Source of the DNA: an uncultured Gemmatimonadales bacterium
GTDB taxonomy: Bacteria > Gemmatimonadota > Gemmatimonadetes > Longimicrobiales > Longimicrobiaceae
NCBI GenBank assembly: GCA_963716255.1
Contig: OY970303.1
Location: 2,880,001 to 2,944,000 of the forward strand
Direction: 5' to 3'
DNA length: 64,000 bases
Shown one piece after another: positions 26,933-35,374 of the stretch. A model generated the notes under the pieces. The model was not told where the DNA came from and searched no databases. It saw only the letters and a program-made list of their open reading frames with translations. The first letter of the stretch is position 1, and every line of letters begins with the position of its first letter. A program made the translations under genes and the position numbers.

Positions 26933-29014
26933 GTGAACGCCTTCCCGGAACCGGTGCTCAAGCTCCGCGCGCTTCCCGGCGCCCCCATGGGCGGTCCCGA
27001 CGCGTCCCTCCCCGAGGGCGAGGGGCTGCTGAACACGCTGCTGGCCAGCGTGGGCGAGGGCGTGGTGGTGGTGGACCCCGGGCTGCGCTGCCGGGTGTGG
27101 AACCGCTTCATGGAGGAGCTCACCGGCGTCCCCCGGGCCGACGCGGTGGGGCGCCGGGTCCCGGAGCTCTTCCCGCAGCTGCGCCGCTTCGGCATCGAGG
27201 GCCTGATCGCGCGGGCGATGGAGGGAGAGACCGTGCGCTCGCCCGACATCCCCTTCCGGGTGCGCCGCACCGGACGCTCGGGGCTGGCGGCGGGCCGCTA
27301 CGCCCCCCTGCTGGCGCCGGACGGGGAGGTGCTGGGGGTGATGGCCACGGTGCGCGACGTCACCGAGCGGCGCCGGGTGGAGCAGGAGAACCAGCGCCTT
27401 GCCGCCTTTCCCCGCGAGACCCCCAACCCGGTGCTGGAGTGCGACGCCCGCGGGGCGATCGTGTACGCCAACCCCGCCGCGGAGCTGGTGGCGGCGGACG
27501 CGGAGGTCAACGTGGCGGGGCTCCTCCCCGCCGGGCACGCCCAGCTCGCCCGCGCGGCGCTGGAGACCGGCCGCGGCTTCCGCAGCGTGGAGGTGGCCGT
27601 GCGGGGGAGCATCCTCTCCTGGACCTACCACCCGCACCCGGCGCTGGGGGTGGTGCACCTGCTCGCGGAGGACATCACCGGGCGGCGCGGGGTGGAGGAG
27701 CAGCTGCGCCACGAGGCGCTGCACGACCCGCTCACCGGCCTCCCCAACCGCCACCTCTTCCTGGAGCACCTGGCCCGCGCGCTGCTGCGCGCACGCGAGC
27801 GGCCGGACTACCTGTTCGCGGTGCTCTTCCTGGACCTGGACCGCTTCAAGGTCATCAACGACTCGCTGGGGCACCACGTGGGCGACCGGCTGCTCTCGGT
27901 GGTGGCCGGGCGGTTGCGCGGCACCTTACGCGGGGGCGATACCGTGGCCCGCTTCGGGGGCGACGAGTTCGCGCTGCTGCTCGCCGACATCTCCGCGCCG
28001 GGCACGGCCGCCGAGGTGGCGGAGCGGATCCAGCGCGCCATCTCCGAGCCGGTGAACCTGGACGGCTACGAGGTGTTCACCTCGGCCAGCATCGGCATCG
28101 CGCTGTCGTCGTCGGACTACGGCCAGCCGGAGCACCTGCTCCGCAACGCGGACATGGCCATGTACCGCGCCAAGGCCGCGGGGACGGGGCGGCACGAGAC
28201 CTTCGACCGGGCCATGCACGCGCGCGCCCTGCTGCGCCTGCAGCAGGAGACGGAGCTGCGGCACGCGCTGGAGCGCGGCGAGATGCGCCTGCTGTACCAG
28301 CCCATCGTGGCGCTGGACACCGGGCGGGTGGAGGGGTTCGAGGCGCTGATCCGCTGGGAGCACCCGGAGCGCGGGATCGTTCCCGCCGGCGAGTTCGTGC
28401 CGCTGGCGGAGGAAACGGGGATGATCCTCCCCATTGGCCGCTGGGTGCTGGAGGAGGCGTGCCGCCGCCTGCGCGAGTGGCAGGACGACTTCCCCGCGGC
28501 CCGGCCGGCGGTGAGCGTCAACCTGTCGGTGCGCCAGTTCGAGCAGCCGGACCTGGTCGCGCAGGTGGAACGGGCGCTGCGCGACTCCGGCGCCGACCCC
28601 GCGGGGCTGCGGCTGGAGGTCACCGAGAGCGTGCTGGTGCAGAGCCCGGAGTCCACCGCCGCGACGCTCGCCCGCTTCCGCGAGATGGGGATCGGGGTGC
28701 ACATGGACGACTTCGGCACCGGCTACTCGTCGCTGGCGCTGCTTCACACGCTCCCGCTGGACGCCCTCAAGATCGACCGCTCGTTCGTGCGCCGCATCGG
28801 CGCGGAGGAGGAGGACGCCGCGCCGGTGGTGCGCACCATCGCGGCGCTGGCCGGTAGCCTGGGACTTGCAACGATCGCCGAGGGGGTGGAGACGCCGGAG
28901 CAGCTGCGCGCGGTGCGGGAGCTGGGGTGCGGCTCGGCGCAGGGGTACCTGTTCGCCCGCCCGGTCCCCGCCCCGGAGGCCCGCGCCCTGCTGGAAGCCG
29001 CCCCCCGCTGGTGA
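26933..29014 (+). CDS. PAS-PAS-GGDEF-EAL c-di-GMP enzyme
   Basis: HDPLTGLPNR, FGGDEF, EALIRW, DDFGTGYSS; start uncertain (26888, 26933 or 26987). Confidence 0.88.
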   Translation: MNAFPEPVLKLRALPGAPMGGPDASLPEGEGLLNTLLASVGEGVVVVDPGLRCRVWNRFMEELTGVPRADAVGRRVPELFPQLRRFGIEGLIARAMEGETVRSPDIPFRVRRTGRSGLAAGRYAPLLAPDGEVLGVMATVRDVTERRRVEQENQRLAAFPRETPNPVLECDARGAIVYANPAAELVAADAEVNVAGLLPAGHAQLARAALETGRGFRSVEVAVRGSILSWTYHPHPALGVVHLLAEDITGRRGVEEQLRHEALHDPLTGLPNRHLFLEHLARALLRARERPDYLFAVLFLDLDRFKVINDSLGHHVGDRLLSVVAGRLRGTLRGGDTVARFGGDEFALLLADISAPGTAAEVAERIQRAISEPVNLDGYEVFTSASIGIALSSSDYGQPEHLLRNADMAMYRAKAAGTGRHETFDRAMHARALLRLQQETELRHALERGEMRLLYQPIVALDTGRVEGFEALIRWEHPERGIVPAGEFVPLAEETGMILPIGRWVLEEACRRLREWQDDFPAARPAVSVNLSVRQFEQPDLVAQVERALRDSGADPAGLRLEVTESVLVQSPESTAATLARFREMGIGVHMDDFGTGYSSLALLHTLPLDALKIDRSFVRRIGAEEEDAAPVVRTIAALAGSLGLATIAEGVETPEQLRAVRELGCGSAQGYLFARPVPAPEARALLEAAPRW

Positions 29015-29082
29015 CCGGGGGGCGCTCCGCCGCGTCCCCCTCCCGCTCGCGAACGCCGCACGTCCCCGCAACCGGCCGCGCC

Positions 29083-31626
29083 ATGCACCCGCTCCTGCGG
29101 CGCCTTTTCGAAGAGCACCTTGGCCAGGGCACCGCGCTCCCGCCGGGGTGGGGCGCCTTCATGGAAGCGGTGGACCACGCCCTGGGCGGCACCCTCGCCG
29201 CCGACGCGGAGCCCGCGGCCGGCGAGGCCACCTTCCGCGCCCTGGCGGAGACCATCTCCGCCGCCGTGTTCGTGTACCGGGGCACGCGCTACCGGTACGT
29301 CAACGCCGCCGCCACCGCGCTCACCGGCTACACCGCCGGCGAGCTGCTCGGCATGGACTTCTGGGAGCTGGTGCACCCCGACGACCGCGAGGTGGTGCGC
29401 GAGCGGGGGATGGCCCGCCAGCGGGGCGAGCCGGTCCCTTCCCGCTCCGAGTACCGCATCGTCACCCGCGGCGGCGAGGTGCGCTGGGTGGACTTCACCG
29501 CGGGCACCGTGCGCTACGGGGGGGAGCCGTCCGCGCTGGGCACCGCCTTCGACGTCACGGACCGCCGCCGGGCCACGGACGAGCTGCGCCGCCAGCTCCT
29601 CACCCTGGAGAACCTGTCCGACGCGGTGATCCAGACCGACGCCGGCGGGCGCGTCACCGGCTGGAACCCCGCCGCCGCGCGCCTCTACGGCTACGCAGCG
29701 GAGGAGGTGCTGGGGAAGCTGCCGGGCCCGTGGCTGCCTCCCGGGGACGCGGACACCGTGGTCCCGGAGATCCTGGCGGCGCTGGACCGCGAGGGGCGCT
29801 GGTCCGGGGAGATCCGCTTCGTGCGCCGGGACGGGAGCCGGGGGATCACCGAGACCACGGTGGTCCCGGTGCTGGACGAGCAGGGCCGCCGCACGGGCAC
29901 GCTGGGCGTGAACCGCGACGTCACCGAGCGCCGCCGCGCCGAGGCCGCGCTGCGGGCGAGCGAGGAGCGCTACCGCGCCCTGTTCGAGGAGTCGCGCGAC
30001 GCCATCTACATGACCGACGCGCGGGGCCGCTTCCGGGCGGTGAACCAGGCCGCGCTCGACCTGCTGGGCTACACGCGCGAGGAGCTGCTGGGGATGGAGC
30101 TGCGCGCCCTGTGCGCCGACCCCGGCACCTGCGAGATCCTGGACGCCGAGATCGAGCGCGCCGGCTTCGTGCGCGACCACGAGGTGCGGCTGCACCGCAG
30201 CGACGGCGGCGCGGTGGACTGCCTGCTCGCCGCCACCCGCCGCGCCGACGGCGGCGATGCCGTGCAGGGGATCCTGCACGACATCACCGAGCGCAAGCGC
30301 GCCGAGGAGCAGCTCGCCTACGGCGCCTTCCACGACCCGCTCACCGGCCTCCCCAACCGCGCCCTCTTCCTGGACCGCCTGGCGCAGGCCGTGGACCGCC
30401 TGCGCCGCCGCGGCGGCTCCGCCCTCGCCGTGCTCTTCCTGGACCTGGACCGCTTCAAGGTCATCAACGACTCGCTGGGCCACGGCACCGGCGACGAGCT
30501 GCTGCGCGCCCTGGGCGGCCGCCTGGCCGAGGCGCTGCGCCCCGGCGACACCGCCGCCCGCTTCGGCGGCGACGAGTTCACGGTGCTGCTGGACAACGTG
30601 GGCGACGCCGTGGCCGCCACCCACGTGGCGCAGCGCATCCTCGACTCCCTGGCGCGCCCCTTCCACCTCAGCCGCACCGAGGTGTACACCACCGCCAGCG
30701 CCGGCATCGCCCTGCACACCGGGGGCGCCGCCTCGCCGGAGGAGCTGCTGCGCGGCGCCGGCACCGCGCTGGGCCGGGCGAAGGCGCGCGGCCGGGCGCG
30801 CTGCGAGGTGTTCGACCGGGCCATGCACGCCGAGGCCATGGACCGCCTCCAGATGGAGATGGACCTGCGCCACGCCGCCGAGCGCGGCGAGCTGCGCCTG
30901 GTGTACCAGCCGGTGGTGTCGCTCCTGGAGGACGGCTCGGTCTGCGGCTTCGAGGCGCTGCTGCGCTGGAACCACCCCACCCTGGGGTGCGTGCTCCCGG
31001 AGCAGTTCATCCCCGTGGCGGAGGAGACCGGGCTCATCATCCCCATCGGCGAGTGGGTGCTGGGCGAGGCGTGCCGGCAGCTGCGCCGCTGGCGCGACCG
31101 CTTCCCCGGGCGGCCGGTCACGGTGGGCGTCAACCTTTCGCCGCGGCAGTTTTCCCGCCCGGAGCTGGTGGACCGGGTGCGCGAGATCCTGGAGGAGACG
31201 GGGGTGGAGCCCGGCGCGCTGCGGCTGGAGATCACCGAAAGCCTGCTGATCGAGCACACCGACCCCACCGCGGCGATGCTGGCGCGGCTCAAGGCCGCCG
31301 GCGTGGGGCTGTGCATGGACGACTTCGGGACCGGGTACTCGTCGCTCGGCTACCTGCACCGGTTCCCGCTGGACACGCTCAAGATCGACCGCTCGTTCGT
31401 GATGCGCGTGGGCGGCGGCGGGGGCGACGCCGAGCCCATCGTGCGGACCATCGCCGCGCTGGCCCACAACCTGGGGCTCAAGGTGGTCGCCGAGGGGGTG
31501 GAAACGGCGGAGCAGCTGGAGGAGCTGCGGGAGCTGCGCTGCGAGTACGCCCAGGGGTACCTGTTCTCGCGCCCCCTGGACGCCGCCGACGCGGACCGGC
31601 TGCTGGCGGACGACCCGCGCTGGTGA
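29083..31626 (+). CDS. PAS-PAS-PAS-GGDEF-EAL c-di-GMP enzyme
   Basis: Three PAS/PAC units, FGGDEF, EALLRW, DDFGTGYSS. Confidence 0.9.
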   Translation: MHPLLRRLFEEHLGQGTALPPGWGAFMEAVDHALGGTLAADAEPAAGEATFRALAETISAAVFVYRGTRYRYVNAAATALTGYTAGELLGMDFWELVHPDDREVVRERGMARQRGEPVPSRSEYRIVTRGGEVRWVDFTAGTVRYGGEPSALGTAFDVTDRRRATDELRRQLLTLENLSDAVIQTDAGGRVTGWNPAAARLYGYAAEEVLGKLPGPWLPPGDADTVVPEILAALDREGRWSGEIRFVRRDGSRGITETTVVPVLDEQGRRTGTLGVNRDVTERRRAEAALRASEERYRALFEESRDAIYMTDARGRFRAVNQAALDLLGYTREELLGMELRALCADPGTCEILDAEIERAGFVRDHEVRLHRSDGGAVDCLLAATRRADGGDAVQGILHDITERKRAEEQLAYGAFHDPLTGLPNRALFLDRLAQAVDRLRRRGGSALAVLFLDLDRFKVINDSLGHGTGDELLRALGGRLAEALRPGDTAARFGGDEFTVLLDNVGDAVAATHVAQRILDSLARPFHLSRTEVYTTASAGIALHTGGAASPEELLRGAGTALGRAKARGRARCEVFDRAMHAEAMDRLQMEMDLRHAAERGELRLVYQPVVSLLEDGSVCGFEALLRWNHPTLGCVLPEQFIPVAEETGLIIPIGEWVLGEACRQLRRWRDRFPGRPVTVGVNLSPRQFSRPELVDRVREILEETGVEPGALRLEITESLLIEHTDPTAAMLARLKAAGVGLCMDDFGTGYSSLGYLHRFPLDTLKIDRSFVMRVGGGGGDAEPIVRTIAALAHNLGLKVVAEGVETAEQLEELRELRCEYAQGYLFSRPLDAADADRLLADDPRW

Positions 31627-31650
31627 GGGGTGTTTCAGAGGCATTTGGGC

Positions 31651-31781
31651 GTGGGGCCGCTCCGGAACCAGGCCAAACTGCCGGCCTGTTTCCTACGCGG
31701 GCTCCGCGAACCCCACGAAACTGCCGTGGGGTTCGCTCCGCCGGAGTGAGCCGGCCGAAACTGCCCGGCCGTCTCCCTCCG
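31651..31781 (+). repeat. Family-2 structured repeat (three AAACTGC-loop hairpins), copy A
   Basis: Homologous to the reverse complement of 35188-35335 (CCGCTCCGGA, CGCGGGCTCCG, CTCCGCCGGAGTGAGCC, GTCTCCCTCCG). Confidence 0.8.
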
Positions 31782-31840
31782 TATAGGATCGGGTGGGTAC
31801 TGCGGAACTGCAAAAAAACCCTGACCTTCTCCGACTCCCC

Positions 31841-32380
31841 ATGTCCATCCTCGGCTTCCTCTTCGCGCGCGATCCCACGCGCGGCTGGCCCGAGTACGAG
31901 CTGGTCCCCCTCGTCTACGACCTCGCCCGCGGGGAGCTGAACGCGATCCCCGCGGGGGCGCCCCTCGACCGGCTGCGCTCGCTCGGGCGGCCGGCCAACG
32001 CCAGGCCGCTGTCCCAGGACTCCGGGGTCGCGTCCTACCCCACCCTGGGCCTGGAGATCGAGCACGACGGGGAACAGGTGGGCTCCTTCGCCTGCCTGTT
32101 CCAGCCCCGGCGCGCCGGTCGCCGCGCCGGCAGGAGCTCCACGTTCCACCCGTGCGAGATCGCGCTCCAGCGCGCGGACGGCGAGAGCGTCCGCATCACC
32201 GCCGACACCACGCTGGATGAGGTCCAGGAGCAGCTGGGCAGCGATACCGTCCACCGGGACGACGACGGCTCCATGCTTCAGGTGAGGATAGGCGACGCGT
32301 GGCTCTACTTCGACTTCGACACCGACGGCTACCTGCGCGCCCTCGACATCGAGCCCGAGCCGGAGCCCGGGGAGTCCTGA
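31841..32380 (+). CDS. Hypothetical protein, tandem paralog 1
   Basis: Clear paralogy to 32429-32959 (RDPT..WPE...VPLVYDLAR.ELN.IP.GAP.DRLR.LGRP; ITADT; LDIEP). Confidence 0.75.
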   Translation: MSILGFLFARDPTRGWPEYELVPLVYDLARGELNAIPAGAPLDRLRSLGRPANARPLSQDSGVASYPTLGLEIEHDGEQVGSFACLFQPRRAGRRAGRSSTFHPCEIALQRADGESVRITADTTLDEVQEQLGSDTVHRDDDGSMLQVRIGDAWLYFDFDTDGYLRALDIEPEPEPGES

Positions 32381-32428
32381 CCCGCCCGGCCGAGCCTCCG
32401 CGAACCCCCTCCACCCGCACGCCCGCCG

Positions 32429-32959
32429 ATGTCCATCCTCGAATACTTCCGGCGCGACCCCACGCACGCCTGGCCGGAGGTCAGGCCGGTCCCGCTCGTC
32501 TACGACCTCGCCCGCCGGGAGCTGAACGGCATTCCCCTGGGAGCGCCCACGGACCGGCTGCGCCAGCTCGGGCGCCCGGGCAACCGCAGGCCCTCGTGGA
32601 TCGGGATCTTCGGCTTTCCGCGCCTGGGCATCCAGGTCCACCTCGGCGTGGGCCGCGTGAGGTCCGTGTCCTGCGTGTTCCAGGCGAAGCTCGCAGACAC
32701 CGAAGTCGCGGACCACCCCGACTTCTGGCCCTGCAAGATCGAGCTTCGCTCGGGCGGCGGAGAGCGCGTCCCCATCACTGCCGACACAGGGCGTGAGGAG
32801 ATCGAGCGGCGGCTCGGCCCGCTCACCCGCGACCGGTCGGAGCCCGCCTTTTCCGTCCTCGGCGTCGAGGTGGACGGCGTGTGGCTCAGCTTCGAGCTCG
32901 GCTCCGACGATCGCCTGCGCATCCTCGACATCGAGCCCGACGACCCCGTCCAGCCCTGA
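32429..32959 (+). CDS. Hypothetical protein, tandem paralog 2
   Basis: Paralog of 31841-32380. Confidence 0.75.
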   Translation: MSILEYFRRDPTHAWPEVRPVPLVYDLARRELNGIPLGAPTDRLRQLGRPGNRRPSWIGIFGFPRLGIQVHLGVGRVRSVSCVFQAKLADTEVADHPDFWPCKIELRSGGGERVPITADTGREEIERRLGPLTRDRSEPAFSVLGVEVDGVWLSFELGSDDRLRILDIEPDDPVQP

Positions 32960-33078
32960 CCCGTCGCCCGGCCAGGCTCATCATGGGATCGTTGCCTCTA
33001 ACCAGAATGGCGCTTAACGTGCTCTCTCCCTCTCGCACCCGCACAACTCGCGGGCCCACTGATTCACCGGAGGACGTC

Positions 33079-33315
33079 ATGAGCCGTTCGTTCATCCACC
33101 TGCGTCGTGCGCTGTTCGGCCTCTCCTGCGCGATCGTGTTCGGGTTCGGCGCCACGCAGGCGCTCGCGGCCCCTCAACAGTCGCGGGTTGACAAGCTGTG
33201 CCCGTATACCTTGATCGCGTACCCGTACATCACCTCGGAATGCATAGAATACTGCAACGACCTTGGCTACTTCGATGGCGAATGCCGCAGTACCGGGTGC
33301 ACCTGTAGGAACTGA
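33079..33315 (+). CDS. Secreted defensin-like peptide (CS-alpha-beta pattern C-x13-C-x3-C-x9-C-x4-C-x-C)
   Basis: GGAGG RBS; signal peptide ending GATQALA; GxC (GEC) and CxC motifs; possible promoter TTGCCT-17-TAACGT at 32992-33020. Confidence 0.75.
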   Translation: MSRSFIHLRRALFGLSCAIVFGFGATQALAAPQQSRVDKLCPYTLIAYPYITSECIEYCNDLGYFDGECRSTGCTCRN

Positions 33316-33466
33316 ATGGCTCCTAAACTTCCGCCGCCGCCAGTCGCGAGAGCCCCGGCCAGGTCTGTCCGATCCGGGGCTCTCGCTTGTGTGCCTGTGT
33401 ATTCGCACGTCATGCTTTAACGAACTTCAAACCCCATGGTATGAGGCTTCGTCGAGCACATAATTC

Positions 33467-33498
33467 CAAAAAACAAAAGACCCGGCGGGTGCCGGGTC
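33467..33498 (-). terminator. Rho-independent terminator of the MarR gene
   Basis: On the minus strand: GACCCGGC-ACCC-GCCGGGTC followed by TTTTGTTTTTT. Confidence 0.75.
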
Positions 33499-33946
33499 AG
33501 ACCGCGGCGTGGGAGCCGAGGCGGGTGAGCAGGTCGGCGAGGTGCGCCTGCTCGTCTTCGGAAAGGCCGGCAAGCAGGTCGGCCTCGGCGGCGGCCTGGG
33601 CGCGGGCGCCGGCCTCGTAGGCGCGGCGGCCTTCCGCGGTGAGCGTGGCGAGCACACTGCGGCGGTCGCCCGGGTCGGGGACGCGCTTCACCAGCCCGTC
33701 CGCCTCCAGCCGGTCCACCAGCTGCGTGACGTTGGAGCGCACGCACGACAGCCGCTCCGCGAGCTGCCCCAGGGGGAGCGACTCCCCCGCCGCCACCAGG
33801 TGGCGCAGCACGCCCATCTTGGCCAGCGAGAGCCCCGCCGGCTCCAGGCTCCGTTCGATCCGGTCGCCCACGCAGGACCCCGTGTGCAGGATCCGCAGTG
33901 CCAGCGAGGCTGCGCCGCAGGGCTTGGTTTCTTCCCACTCGTTCAT
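33497..33946 (-). CDS. MarR family transcriptional regulator
   Basis: LAERL...RSNVTQLVDRLEADGLVKR.PDPGDRRS....LTAEG. Confidence 0.9.
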   Translation of the reverse strand: MNEWEETKPCGAASLALRILHTGSCVGDRIERSLEPAGLSLAKMGVLRHLVAAGESLPLGQLAERLSCVRSNVTQLVDRLEADGLVKRVPDPGDRRSVLATLTAEGRRAYEAGARAQAAAEADLLAGLSEDEQAHLADLLTRLGSHAAV

Positions 33947-34036
33947 CCCTGGAAGTTGCCGGTTTCCGGGCGCCCGGTCAAGGCGCGCCGCGGCCCCGCG
34001 CGTCCACCCGGCCGCACGACGATCCGAACGAAACCC

Positions 34037-34070
34037 TTGACATGCGGATTGCTAATACGTATTAGCAATC
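34037..34070 (+). promoter_or_regulatory. Promoter with a perfect 24-bp LacI-type operator abutting the lacI-family start codon
   Basis: TTGACA at 34037; GATTGCTAATAC|GTATTAGCAATC at 34047-34070 with central CG; no Shine-Dalgarno. Confidence 0.8.
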
Positions 34071-35138
34071 ATGTCCACGTCCTTTCCCCGCCCGGTCACC
34101 GCCCACGACGTCGCCCGCGCGGCCGGTGTGTCCCAGGCGACGGTGTCGCTGGTGCTGGGGGGGAACCCGCGGGCGCGCATCGCCGTGGCGACGCGGGAAA
34201 AGGTGCTGCGGGCCGCGGAGGAGCTGGGATACCGCCCCAACATCCTGGCGCGGGGGCTGGTGCGGGGGCGCTCGTACGCGCTGGGGGTGATCGTCCCGGA
34301 CCTGGCCAACCCGTTCTTTTTGGACGTGGTGCGGGGGATCGAGCGGGTGGCGGCGGAGACGGGGTACGCCGTGCTCCTGTGCGACGCCCGGGACACCCCG
34401 GCGGCGCGGCACCTGGAGGCGCTGCGGGCGCGGCAGATCGACGGGGTGATCCTGGACCCGTCCGGTGCCGACTCGCTCCCGGGCGACGCGCTCACCGACC
34501 TGAACGTGGTGGTGGCCGACCGCCCCACAGACCGGTTTCCCGGGGTGGCGAGCGACGCCGAGGCCGCGGGGCGCCTGGCCGCCGGGCACCTGCTGGGGCT
34601 GGGGCACCGCGAGCTGGCGTTCATCGGGCCGGCCAGCGAGGAACACGCCTTCCGCATGCGCGAGCGCGGCTTCGCGAAGGCGCTGCGCGCCGCGGGGGTG
34701 GCTCTCCCCTCCCCCCGGCTGCGGCGCGGCCCGGCCACGGTAGCCGGCGGGGAAGCGGCCATGCGGGCCCTGCTGGCGGTGAAGACGGGGCGCCCCACCG
34801 GGGTGTTCTGCGCCAACGACCTGGCCGCGCTGGGCGCGCTCAAGGCGTGCGCCGCCGCCGGGGTGCCGGTCCCGCGGGCGATGTCGGTGGTGGGGTGCGA
34901 CGACATCGAGATGGCGCGCGTGGTCACCCCGGAGCTGACCACCGTCGCCGTCCCCGCCCGGGAGCTGGGCGCCCGCGCCGCCCGCCTCCTCCTCCGCCAG
35001 ATCGAGGGAAAGCCGGACACGAGGCCCGGCCGGCTGCTCCCGGTGAAGCTGGTGGCGAGGGGCACCACGGCAGGCCCTCACCCGGCGGCCTCCGAGCCGC
35101 CACCCTCTCCCGATTCCGGGAGAGGGGAGAACGGCTGA
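34071..35138 (+). CDS. LacI family transcriptional regulator
   Basis: TAHDVARAAGVSQATVSLVL HTH, LGYRPN, PTGVFCANDL.A, SVVGCDD. Confidence 0.92.
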   Translation: MSTSFPRPVTAHDVARAAGVSQATVSLVLGGNPRARIAVATREKVLRAAEELGYRPNILARGLVRGRSYALGVIVPDLANPFFLDVVRGIERVAAETGYAVLLCDARDTPAARHLEALRARQIDGVILDPSGADSLPGDALTDLNVVVADRPTDRFPGVASDAEAAGRLAAGHLLGLGHRELAFIGPASEEHAFRMRERGFAKALRAAGVALPSPRLRRGPATVAGGEAAMRALLAVKTGRPTGVFCANDLAALGALKACAAAGVPVPRAMSVVGCDDIEMARVVTPELTTVAVPARELGARAARLLLRQIEGKPDTRPGRLLPVKLVARGTTAGPHPAASEPPPSPDSGRGENG

Positions 35139-35187
35139 GGAGCACAGGTCGGTGCAGTTGCAGTTCCCATGGTTCCCGAAAGATGTG

Positions 35188-35335
35188 CGGAGGGAGACTC
35201 GCCGGCAGTTTGGCGAGGCTCACTCCGGCGGAGGGAAACCCGCCGGCGCCGCAGTTCAAAGGCGCTGTGCGGGGTTCCCGGAGCCCGCGGAGGAGACCGG
35301 CGGGGCAGTTTCCGCCGGGCTCCGGAGCGGTCCAC
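35188..35335 (-). repeat. Family-2 structured repeat, copy B
   Basis: Three GCAGTT-containing loops; homologous to 31651-31781. Confidence 0.8.
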
Positions 35336-35374
35336 CAGACCTGACGCAATCAAGCTCACACGATCAAAAACCCC

